64,000 nucleotides of DNA, from assembly GCA_964247055.1 (NCBI GenBank), contig OZ176050.1:1240001-1304000 (forward strand). The letters are read 5' to 3'. A model generated the notes under the pieces. It made no database searches and was not told the DNA's origin. It worked only from the letters and a program-made list of their open reading frames with translations. This document shows positions 52,301-64,000 of this stretch, one piece after another (the first letter of the stretch is position 1; every line of letters starts with the position of its first letter). Position numbers and translations under genes: made by a program. This DNA comes from Paragordius varius (lineage: Eukaryota; Animalia; Nematomorpha).

Positions 52301-55100
52301 GTCACCGGTGAACAAAATTATTTTTTATACATTCTCTTAGTAAGACTACATCAAAATATAGAGATAGTTTGACAAACTCTTTCATATCCGATTTTTACAA
52401 CGATACTTTAAAAATTAATGTATAAAACTAGTCGCATCAATACTCAAGTTAAACTTTGTCCTTAAAAATCGGATATTGGTCACCGGGGAACAAAATAATT
52501 TTTTATACATTCTCTTAGTAAGACTACAGCAAAATATAGAGATAGTTTGACAAACTCTTTCATATCCGATTTTTACAACGATACTTTAAAAATTAATGTA
52601 TTAAACTAGTCGCATCAATACTCAAGTTAAACTTTGTCCTTAAAAATCGGATATTGGTCACCGGTGAACAAAATTATTTTTTATACATTCTCTTAACAAG
52701 ACTACATCAAAATATAGAGAATGTTTGACAAACTCTTTCATATCCGATTTTTACAACGATACTTTAAAAATTAATGTATTAAACTAGTCGCATCAATACT
52801 CAAGTTAAACTTTGTCCTTAAAAATCGGATATTGGTCACCGGTGAACAAAATTATTTTTTTTACATTCTCTTAGCAAGACTACATCAAAATATAGAGATA
52901 GTTTAACATTCTCTTTCATATCCGATTTTTACAACGATACTTTAAAAATTAATGTATAAAACTAGTTGTATCAATAAGTCGCATCAATACTCAAGTTAAA
53001 CTTTGTCCTTAAAAATCGGATATTGGTCACCGGTGAACAAAATTATTTTTTATACATTCTCTTAGTAGGACTACATCAAAATATAGAGATAGTTTGGCAA
53101 ACTCTTTCATATCCGATTTTTACAACGATACTTTAAAAATAATGTATTAAACTAGTCGCATCAATACTCAAGTTAAACTTTGTCCTTAAAAATCGGATAT
53201 TGGTCACCGGTGAACAAAATTATTTTTTATACTTTCTCTTAGCAAGACTACATCAAAATATAGAGAATGTTTGACAAACTCTTTCATATCCGATTTTTAA
53301 TACTTTAAAAATTAATGTAATAAACTAGTCGCATCAATACTCAAGTTAAACTTTGTCCTTAAAAATCGGATATTGGTCACCGGTGAACAAAATTATTTTT
53401 TTTACATTCTCTTAGCAAGACTACATCAAAATATAGAGATAGTTTAACAAACTCTTTCATATCCGATTTTTACAACGATACTTTAACAATTAATGTATAA
53501 AACTAGTTGTATCAATAAGTCGCATCAATACTCAAGTTAAACTTTGTCCTTAAAAATCGGATATTGGTCACCGGTGAACAAAATTATTTTTTATACATTC
53601 TCTTAGTAGGACTACATCAAAATATAGAGATAGTTTGGCAAACTCTTTCATATCCGATTTTTACAACGATACTTTAAAAATTAATGTATTAAACTAGTCG
53701 CATCAATACTCAAGTTAAACTTTGTCCTTAAAAATCGGATATTGGTCACCGGTGAACAAAATTATTTTTTATACATTCTCTTAGCAAGACTACATCAAAA
53801 TATAGAGAATGTTTGACAAACTCTTTCATATCCGATTTTTACAACGATACTTTAAAATTTAATGTAATAAACTAGTCGCATCAATACTCAAGTTAAACTT
53901 TGTCCTCAAAAATCGGATATTGGTCACCGGTGAACAAAATTATTTTTTTTACATTCTCTTAGCAAGACTACATCAAAATATAGAGATAGTTTAACAAACT
54001 CTTTCATATCCGATTTTTACAACGATACTTTAAAAATTAATGTATAAAACTAGTTGTATCAATAAGTCGCATCAATACTCAAGTTAAACTTTGTCCTTAA
54101 AAATCGGATATTGGTCACCGGTGAACAAAATTATTTTTTATACATTCTCTTAGTAGGACTACATCAAAATATAGAGATAGTTTGGCAAACTCTTTCATAT
54201 CCGATTTTTACAACGATACTTTAAAAATTAATGTATTAAACTAGTCGCATATACTCAAGTTAAACTTTGTCCTTAAAAATCGGATATTGGTCACCGGTGA
54301 ACAAAATTATTTTTTATACATTCTCTTAGCAAGACTACATCAAAATATAGAGAATGTTTGACAAACTCTTTCATATCCGATTTTTACAACGATACTTTAA
54401 AAATTAATGTAATAAACTAGTCGCATCAATACTCAAGTTAAACTTTGTCCTTAAAAATCGGATATTGGTCACCGGTGAACAAAATTATTTTTTTTACATT
54501 CTCTTAGCAAGACTACATCAAAATATAGAGATAGTTTAACAAACTCTTTCATATCCGATTTTTACAACGATACTTTATAAAACTAGTTGTATCAATAAGT
54601 CGCATCAATACTCAAGTTAAACTTTGTCCTTAAAAATCGGATATTGGTCACCGGTGAACAAAATTATTTTTTATACATTCTCTTAGTAGGACTACATCAA
54701 AATATAGAGATAGTTTGGCAAACTCTTTCATATCCGATTTTTACAACGATACTTTAAAAATTAATGTATTAAACTAGTCGCATCAATACTCAAGTTAAAC
54801 TTTGTCCTTAAAAATCGGATATTGGTCACCGGTGAACAAAATTATTTTTTATACATTCTCTTAGCAAGACTACATCAAAATATAGAGAATGTTTGACAAA
54901 CTCTTTCATATCCGATTTTTACAACGATACTTTAAAAATTAATGTAATAAACTAGTCGCATCAATACTCAAGTTAAACTTTGTCCTCAAAAATCGGATAT
55001 TGGTCACCGGTGAACAAAATTATTTTTTTTTACATTCTCTTAGCAAGACTACATCAAAATATAGAGATAGTTTAACAAACTCTTTCATATCCGATTTTTA
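49400..55100 (+). repeat. Trimer HOR (547 bp = 178+191+178) with a superimposed ~2.9-kb (16-mer) duplication (~49400-52300 and ~52300-54650)
   Basis: gagaatgttt at 49821, 50368, 50915 and 51462 (steps of 547). Offsets of 2893-2901 hold for acagc 49628/52529, actttctctt 50331/53231, cctcaaaa 51012/53907 and tttataaaactagttg 51681/54574. Confidence 0.9.
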
Positions 55101-55214
55101 CAACGATACTTTAAAAATTAATGTATAAAACTAGTCGCATCAATACTCAAGTTAAACTTTGTCCTTAAAAATCGAATATTGGTCACCGGTGAAAAAAATT
55201 ATTTTTTATACATT

Positions 55215-56505
55215 CTCTTAGTAAGACTACATCAAAATATAGAGATAGTTTGACAAACTCTTTCATATCCAATTTTTACAACGATACTTTAAAAATTAAT
55301 GTATAAAACTAGTCGCATCAATATTCAAGTTAAACTTTGTCCTTAAAAATCGAATATTGGTCACCGATGAACAAAATTATTTTTTATACATTCTCTTAGT
55401 AAGACTACATCAAAATATAGAGATAGTTTTACAAACTCTTTCATATCCGATTTTTACAACGATACTTTAAAAATTAATGTATAAAACTAGTCGCATCAAT
55501 ACTCAAGTTAAACTTTATCCTTAAAAATTGGATATTGGTCACCGGTGAACAAAATAATTTTTTATACATTCTCTTAGTAAGACTACATCAAAATATAGAG
55601 ATAGTTTGACAAACTCTTTCATATCCGATTTTTACAACGATACTTTAAAAATTAATGTATAAAACTAGTCGCATCAATACTCAAGTTAAACTTTGTCCTT
55701 AAAAATCGAATATTGGTTACCGGTGAAAAAAATTATTTTTTATACATTCTCTTAGTAAGACTACATCAAAATATAGAGATAGATTGACAAACTCTTACAT
55801 ATCCGATTTTTACAACGATACTTTAAAAATTAATGTATAAAACTAGTCGCATCAATACTCAAGTTAAACTTTATCCTTAAAAATTGGATATTGGTCACCT
55901 GTGAACAAAATAATTTTTTATACATTCTCTTAGTAAGACTACATTAAAATATAGAGATAGTTTGACAAACTCTTTCATATCCGATTTTTACAACGATACT
56001 TTAAAAATTAATGTATAAAACTAGTCGCATCAATACTCAAGTTAAACTTTGTCCTTAAAAATCGAATATTGGTCACCGGTGAACAAAATTATTTTTTATA
56101 CATTCTCTTAGTAAGACTACATCAAAATATAGAGATAGTTTGACAAACTCTTTCATATCCGATTTTTACAACGATACTTTAAAAATTAATGTATAAAACT
56201 AGTCGCATCAATACTCAAGTTAAACTTTGTCCTTAAAAATCGGATATTGGTCACCGGTGAACAAAATTATTTTTTTTACATTCTCTTAGCAAGACTACAT
56301 CAAAATATAGAGATAGTTTAACAAACTCTTTCATATCCGATTTTTACAACGATACTTTAAAAATTAATGTATAAAACTAGTTGTATCAATAAGTCGCATC
56401 AATACTCAAGTTAAACTTTGTCCTTAAAAATCGGATATTGGTCACCGGTGAACAAAATTATTTTTTATACATTCTCTTAGTAGGACTACATCAAAATATA
56501 GAGAT
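55215..56505 (+). repeat. Non-adjacent copy of ~48000-49290 (offset 7216 bp)
   Basis: Offset 7216 holds for ccaatttt 48055/55271, agattgac 48565/55781 and cacctgtg 48684/55900. Confidence 0.88.
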
Positions 56506-59500
56506 AGTTTGACAAACTCTTTCATATCCGATTTTTACAACGATACTTTAAAAATTAATGTGTTAAACTAGTCGCATCAATACTCAAGTTAAACTTTATC
56601 CTTAAAAATCGGATATTGGTCACCGGTGAACAAAATAATTTTTTATACATTCTCTTAGTAAGACTACAGCAAAATATAGAGATAGTTTGACAAACTCTTT
56701 CATATCCGATTTTTACAACGATACTTTAAAAATTAATGTATAAAACTAGTCGTATCAATAAATCGCATCAATACTCAAGTTAAACGTTGTCCTTAAAAAT
56801 CGGATATTGGTCACCGGTAAACAAAATTATTTTTTATACATTCTCTTAGTAGGACTACATCAAAATATAGAGATAGTTTGGCAAACTCTTTCATATCCGA
56901 TTTTTACAACGATACTTTAAAAATTAATGTATAAAACTAGTCGCATCAATACTCAAGTTAAACTTTGTCCTTAAAAATCGAATATTGGTCACCGGTGAAC
57001 AAAATTATTTTTTATACATTCTCTTAGCAAGACTACATCAAATAGAGATAGTTTGACAAACTCTTTCATATCCGATTTTTACAACGATACTTCAAAAATT
57101 AATGTATTCAAGTTAAATTTTTTCCTTAAAAATGGGATATTGGTCACCGGTGAACAAAACTATTTTTTATACATTCTCTTAGTAAGACTACATCAAAATA
57201 TAGAGATAGTTTGACAAACTATTTCATATCCGATTTTTACAACGATACTTTAAGAATTAATGTATAAAACTAGTCGCATCAATACTTAAGTTAAACTTTG
57301 TCCTTAAAAATCGGATATTGGTCACCGGTGAACAAAATTATTTTTTATACATTCTCTTAGTAAGACTACATCAAAATATAGAAATAGTTTGACAAACTCT
57401 TTCATATCCGATTTTTACAACGATACTTTAAAAATTAATGTATTAAACTAGTCGCATCAATACTCAAGTTAAACTTTGTCCTTAAAAATCGGATATTGGT
57501 CACCGGTGAACAAAATTATTTTTTATACATTCTCTTAGCAAGACTACATCAAAATATAGAGAATGTTTGACAAACTCTTTCATATCCGATTTTTACAACG
57601 ATACTTTAAAAATTAATGTATTAAACTAGTCGCATCAATACTCAAGTTAAACTTTGTCCTTAAAAATCGGATATTGGTCACCGGTGAACAAAATTATTTT
57701 TTTTACATTCTCTTAGCAAGACTACATCAAAATATAGAGATAGTTTAACAAACTCTTTCATATCCGATTTTTACAACGATACTTTAAAAATTAATGTATA
57801 AAACTAGTTGTATCAATAAGTCGCATCAATACTCAAGTTAAACTTTGTCCTTAAAAATCGGATATTGGTCACCGGTGAACAAAATTATTTTTTATACATT
57901 CTCTTAGTAGGACTACATCAAAATATAGAGATAGTTTGGCAAACTCTTTCATATCCGATTTTTACAACGATACTTTAAAAATTAATGTATAAAACTAGTC
58001 GCATCAATACTCAAGTTAAACTTTGTCCTTAAAAATCGAATATTGGTCACCGGTGAACAAAATTATTTTTTATACATTCTCTTAGCAAGACTACATCAAA
58101 ATATAGAGATAGTTTGACAAACTCTTTCATATCCGATTTTTACAACGATACTTCAAAAATTAATGTATTCAAGTTAAATTTTGTCCTTAAAAATCGGATA
58201 TTGGTCACCGGTGAACAAAATTATTTTTTATACATTCTCTTAGTAGGACTACATCAAAATATAGAGATAGTTTGGCAAACTCTTTCATATCCGATTTTTA
58301 CAACGATACTTTAAAAATTAATGTATAAAACTAGTCGCATCAATACTCAAGTTAAACTTTGTCCTTAAAAATAAATTATTGGTCACCTGTGAACAAAATT
58401 ATTTTTTATACATTCTCTTAGTAAGACTACATCAAAATATAGAAATAGTTTGACAAACTCTTTCATATCCGATTTTTACAACGATACTTTAAAAATTAAT
58501 GTATAAAACTAGTCGTATCAATAAATCGCATCAATACTCAAGTTAAACGTTGTCCTTAAAAATCGGATATTGGTCACCGGTAAACAAAATTATTTTTTAT
58601 ACATTCTCTTAGTAGGACTACATCAAAATATAGAGATAGTTTGGCAAACTCTTTCATATCCGATTTTTACAACGATACTTTAAAAATTAATGTATAAAAC
58701 TAGTCGCATCAATACTCAAGTTAAACTTTGTCCTTAAAAATCGAATATTGGTCACCGGTGAACAAAATTATTTTTTATACATTCTCTTAGCAAGACTACA
58801 TCAAAATATAGAGATAGTTTGACAAACTCTTTCATATCCGATTTTTACAACGATACTTTAAAAATTAATGTATAAAACTAGTTGTATCAATAAGTCGCAT
58901 CAATACTCAAGTTAAACTTTGTCCTTAAAAATCGGATATTGGTCACCGGTGAACAAAATTATTTTTTATACATTCTCTTAGTAAGACTACATCAAAATAT
59001 AGAGATAGTTTGACAAACTCTTTCATATCCGATTTTTACAACGATACTTTAAAAATTAATGTATAAAACTAGTTGTATCAATAAGTCGCATCAATACTCA
59101 AGTTAAACTTTGTCCTTAAAAATCGGATATTGGTCACCGGTGAACAAAATTATTTTTTATACATTCTCTTAGTAGGACTACATCAAAATATAGAGATAGT
59201 TTGACAAACTCTTTCATATCCGATTTTTACAACGATACTTTAAAAATTAATGTATAAAACTAGTCGCATCAATACTCAAGATAAACTTTGTCCTTAAAAA
59301 TCGAATATTGGTCACCGGTGAACAAAATTATTTTTTTTACATTCTCTTAGCAAGACTACATCAAAATATAGAGATAGTTTAACAAACTCTTTCATATCCG
59401 ATTTTTACAACGATACTTTAAAAATTAATGTATAAAACTAGTCGCATCAATACTCAAGTTAAACTTTGTCCTTAAAAATCGAATATTGGTCACCGGTGAA

Positions 59501-62500
59501 CAAAATTATTTTTTATACATTCTCTTAGTAAGACTACATCAAAATATAGAGATAGTTTGACAAACTCTTTCATATCCGATTTTTACAACGATACTTTAAA
59601 AATTAATGTATAAAACTAGTCGCATCAATACTCAAGTTAAACTTTGTCCTTAAAAATCGGATATTGGTCACCGGTGAACAAAATTATTTTTTTTACATTC
59701 TCTTAGCAAGACTACATCAAAATATAGAGATAGTTTAACAAACTCTTTCATATCCGATTTTTACAACGATACTTTAAAAATTAATGTATAAAACTAGTTG
59801 TATCAATAAGTCGCATCAATACTCAAGTTAAACTTTGTCCTTAAAAATCGGATATTGGTCACCGGTGAACAAAATTATTTTTTATACATTCTCTTAGTAG
59901 GACTACATCAAAATATAGAGATAGTTTGACAAACTCTTTCATATCCGATTTTTACAACGATACTTTAAAAATTAATGTGTTAAACTAGTCGCATCAATAC
60001 TCAAGTTAAACTTTGTCCTTAAAAATCGGATATTGGTCACCGGTGAACAAAATAATTTTTTATACATTCTCTTAGTAAGACTACAGCAAAATATAGAGAT
60101 AGTTTGACAAACTCTTTCATATCCGATTTTTACAACGATACTTTAAAAATTAATGTATAAAACTAGTCGTATCAATAAATCGCATCAATACTCAAGTTAA
60201 ACGTTGTCCTTAAAAATCGGATATTGGTCACCGGTAAACAAAATTATTTTTTATACATTCTCTTAGTAGGACTACATCAAAATATAGAGATAGTTTGGCA
60301 AACTCTTTCATATCCGATTTTTACAACGATACTTTAAAAATTAATGTATAAAACTAGTCGCATCAATACTCAAGTTAAACTTTGTCCTTAAAAATCGAAT
60401 ATTGGTCACCGGTGAACAAAATTATTTTTTATACATTCTCTTAGCAAGACTACATCAAATAGAGATAGTTTGACAAACTCTTTCATATCCGATTTTTACA
60501 ACGATACTTTAAAAATTAATGTATAAAACTAGTCGTATCAATAAATCGCATCAATACTCAAGTTAAACGTTGTCCTTAAAAATCGGATATTGGTCACCGG
60601 TAAACAAAATTATTTTTTATACATTCTCTTAGTAGGACTACATCAAAATATAGAGATAGTTTGGCAAACTCTTTCATATCCGATTTTTACAACGATACTT
60701 TAAAAATTAATGTATTAAACTAGTCGCATCAATACTCAAGTTAAACTTTGTCCTTAAAAATCGGATATTGGTCACCGGTGAACAAAATAATTTTTTATAT
60801 ATTTTCTTAGTAAGACTACATCAAAATATAGAGATAGTTTGAGAAACTCTTTCATATCCGATTTTTACAACGATACTTTAAAAATTAATGTATAAAACTA
60901 GTCGCATCAATATTCAAGTTAAACTGTGTCCTTAAAAATCGAATATTGGTCACCGGTGAACAAAATTATTTTTTATACATTCTCTTAGTAAGACTACATC
61001 AAAATATAGAGATAGTTTGGCAAACTCTTTCATATCCGATTTTTACAACGATACTTTAAAAATTAATGTATAAAACTAGTCGTATCAATAAATCGCATCA
61101 ATACTCAAGTTAAACTTTGTCCTTAAAAATCGGATATTGGTCACCGGTGAACAAAATTATTTTTTATACATTCTCTTAGTAGGACTACATCAAAATATAG
61201 AGATAGTTTGGCAAACTCTTTCATATCCGATTTTTACAACGATACTTTAAAAATTAATGTATTAAACTAGTCGCATCAATACTCAAGTTAAACTTTGTCC
61301 TTAAAAATCGGATATTGGTCACCGGTGAACAAAATTATTTTTTATACATTCTCTTAGCAAGACTACATCAAAATATAGAGAATGTTTGACAAACTCTTTC
61401 ATATCCGATTTTTACAACGATACTTTAAAAATTAATGTATTAAACTAGTCGCATCAATACTCAAGTTAAACTTTGTCCTTAAAAATCGGATATTGGTCAC
61501 CGGTGAACAAAATTATTTTTTTTACATTCTCTTAGCAAGACTACATCAAAATATAGAGATAGTTTGACAAACTCTTTCATATCCGATTTTTACAACGATA
61601 CTTCAAAAATTAATGTATTCAAGTTAAATTTTGTCCTTAAAAATGGGATATTGGTCACCGGTGAACAAAACTATTTTTTATACATTCTCTTAGTAAGACT
61701 ACATCAAAATATAGAGATAGTTTGACAAACTATTTCACCGATTTTTACAACGATACTTTAAGAATTAATGTTTAAAACTAGTCGCATCAATACTTAAGTT
61801 AAACTTTGTCCTTAAAAATCGGATATTGGTCACCGGTGAACAAAATTATTTTTTATACATTCTCTTAGTAAGACTACATCAAAATATAGAAATAGTTTGA
61901 CAAACTCTTTCATATCCGATTTTTACAACGATACTTTAAAAATTAATGTATTAAACTAGTCGCATCAATACTCAAGTTAAACTTTGTCCTTAAAAATCGG
62001 ATATTGGTCACCGGTGAACAAAATTATTTTTTATACATTCTCTTAGCAAGACTACATCAAAATATAGAGAATGTTTGACAAACTCTTTCATATCCGATTT
62101 TTACAACGATACTTTAAAAATTAATGTATTAAACTAGTCGCATCAATACTCAAGTTAAACTTTGTCCTTAAAAATCGGATATTGGTCACCGGTGAACAAA
62201 ATTATTTTTTTTACATTCTCTTAGCAAGACTACATCAAAATATAGAGATAGTTTAACAAACTCTTTCATATCCGATTTTTACAACGATACTTTAAAAATT
62301 AATGTATAAAACTAGTTGTATCAATAAGTCGCATCAATACTCAAGTTAAACTTTGTCCTTAAAAATCGGATTTTGGTCACCGGTGAACAAAATTATTTTT
62401 TATACATTCTCTTAGTAGGACTACATCAAAATATAGAGATAGTTTGGCAAACTCTTTCATATCCGATTTTTACAACGATACTTTAAAAATTAATGTATTA

Positions 62501-64000
62501 AACTAGTCGCATCAATACTCAAGTTAAACTTTGTCCTTAAAAATCGGATATTGGTCACCGGTGAACAAAATTATTTTTTATACATTCTCTTAGCAAGACT
62601 ACATCAAAATATAGAGAATGTTTGACAAACTCTTTCATATCCGATTTTTTCAACGATACTTTAAAAATTAATGTATTAAACTAGTCGCATCAATACTCAA
62701 GTTAAACTTTGTCCTTAAAAATCGGATATTGGTCACCGGTGAACAAAATAATTTTTTATATATTTTCTTAGTAAGACTACATCAAAATATAGAGATAGTT
62801 TGAGAAACTCTTTCATATCCGATTTTTACAACGATACTTTAAAAATTAATGTATAAAACTAGTCGCATCAATATTCAAGTTAAACTGTGTCCTTAAAAAT
62901 CGAATATTGGTCACCGGTGAACAAAATTATTTTTTATACATTCTCTTAGTAAGACTACATCAAAATATAGAGATAGTTTGGCAAACTCTTTCAAATCCGA
63001 TTTTAACAACGATACTTTAAAAATTAATGTATAAAACTAGTCGTATCAATAAATCGCATCAATACTCAAGTTAAACTTTGTCCTTAAAAATCGGATATTG
63101 GTCACCGGTGAACAAAATTATTTTTTATACATTCTCTTAGTAGGACTACATCAAAATATAGAGATAGTTTGGCAAACTCTTTCATATCCGATTTTTACAA
63201 CGATACTTTAAAAATTAATGTATTAAACTAGTCGCATCAATACTCAAGTTAAACTTTGTCCTTAAAAATCGGATATTGGTCACCGGTGAACAAAATTATT
63301 TTTTATACATTCTCTTAGCAAGACTACATCAAAATATAGAGAATGTTTGACAAACTCTTTCATATCCGATTTTTACAACGATACTTTAAAAATTAATGTA
63401 TTAAACTAGTCGCATCAATACTCAAGTTAAAATTTGTCCTTAAAAATCGGATATTGGTCACCGGTGAACAAAATAATTTTTTATACATTCTCTTAGGAAG
63501 ACTACAGCAAAATATAGAGATAGTTTGACAAACTCTTTAATATCCGATTTTTACAACGATACTTTAAAAATTAATGTATAAAACTAGTCGTATCAATAAA
63601 TCGCATCAATACTCAAGTTAAACTTTGTCCTTAAAAATCGGATATTGGTCACCGGTGAACAAAATAATTTTTTATACATTCTCTTAGTAAGACTACAGCA
63701 AAATATAGAGATAGTTTGACAAACTCTTTCATATCCGATTTTTACAACGATACTTTAAAAATTAATGTATTAAACTAGTCGCATCAATACTCAAGTTAAA
63801 CTTTGTCCTTAAAAATCGGATATTGGTCACCGGTGAACAAAATTATTTTTTATACATTCTCTTAGCAAGACTACATCAAAATATAGAGAATGTTTGACAA
63901 ACTCTTTCATATCCGATTTTTACAACGATACTTTAAAAATTAATGTATTAAACTAGTCGCATCAATACTCAAGTTAAACTTTGTCCTTAAAAATCGGATA
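56500..64000 (+). repeat. Mosaic domain with interleaved duplicated blocks (offsets ~4508 and ~1961 bp) and 158-bp deletion monomers
   Basis: taagaattaatg 57254/61762 and gagaaactc 60841/62802. The 20-bp deletion junction aatgtattcaagtt is at ~57108, ~58169 and ~61619. aaacgttgtcc+ccggtaaac is at ~56785, 58548, 60200 and 60567. Confidence 0.8.

Larger units (their letters stand above)
1..64000 (+). repeat. Tandem satellite DNA array, ~178-bp monomer, ~355 copies, single orientation, running off both window ends; centromeric/pericentromeric-type organisation
   Basis: Monomer start TATACA at 1 recurs at 179. The motifs atatccgattttta, taaaaatcggatat and tcaccggtga recur every ~137-196 bp to the end of the window. 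No non-repeat sequence or inversion was seen. Centromeric location is inferred only from monomer size and HOR structure. Confidence 0.99.

Noticed and set aside
58114-58314. 66-aa ORF
   Set aside because: It is the same artefact, produced by the 20-bp deletion monomer, and it also starts at TTG.
1-64000. CRISPR array (palindromic repeat at regular spacing)
   Set aside because: The sequence between palindromes is as conserved as the palindromes themselves. There are no unique spacers, no leader and no cas genes.
1-64000. 5S rRNA, tRNA or other RNA-gene tandem array; bacterial promoters or terminators
   Set aside because: There are no A/B/C boxes or cloverleaf structure and GC is far too low. 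Promoter-like hexamers and T-runs are expected by chance in AT-rich repeats.
1-64000. Embedded transposon or strand inversion
   Set aside because: Reading line by line, every segment fits the monomer in the same orientation. The reverse-complement matches are confined to the internal 14-bp inverted repeat and short dyads.

Overview
The whole 64 kb window is one uninterrupted head-to-tail tandem satellite array: about 355 monomers, modal length 178 bp, about 27.5% GC in the consensus, all in one orientation. I saw no genes, RNA genes, transposons or unique sequence. The five ORFs in the track start at TTG and are by-products of deletion-variant monomers. The mononucleosome-sized AT-rich monomer and nested higher-order repeats (HORs) are typical of eukaryotic centromeric or pericentromeric satellite DNA, but I cannot name the family or organism. 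The structure worth attention is internal. (1) The monomer is rich in dyads, with a perfect 14-bp inverted repeat and a 24-bp quasi-palindrome whose two mismatches have each been corrected by independent variants. (2) An indel hotspot between the inverted-repeat arms gives 137, 158, 168, 179, 191 and 196 bp monomers, including a traceable allele series of a 13-bp duplication. (3) Successive domains have different HOR periods (7-, 11-, 6/8/13-, 12/16/31-, 6/7-, 5- and 3/16-mers), including a nested 5594-bp tandem duplication and a non-adjacent copy 7216 bp away. I found no evidence of a new protein-coding system. All offsets were counted by hand from diagnostic variants, and block boundaries are approximate to within one monomer.
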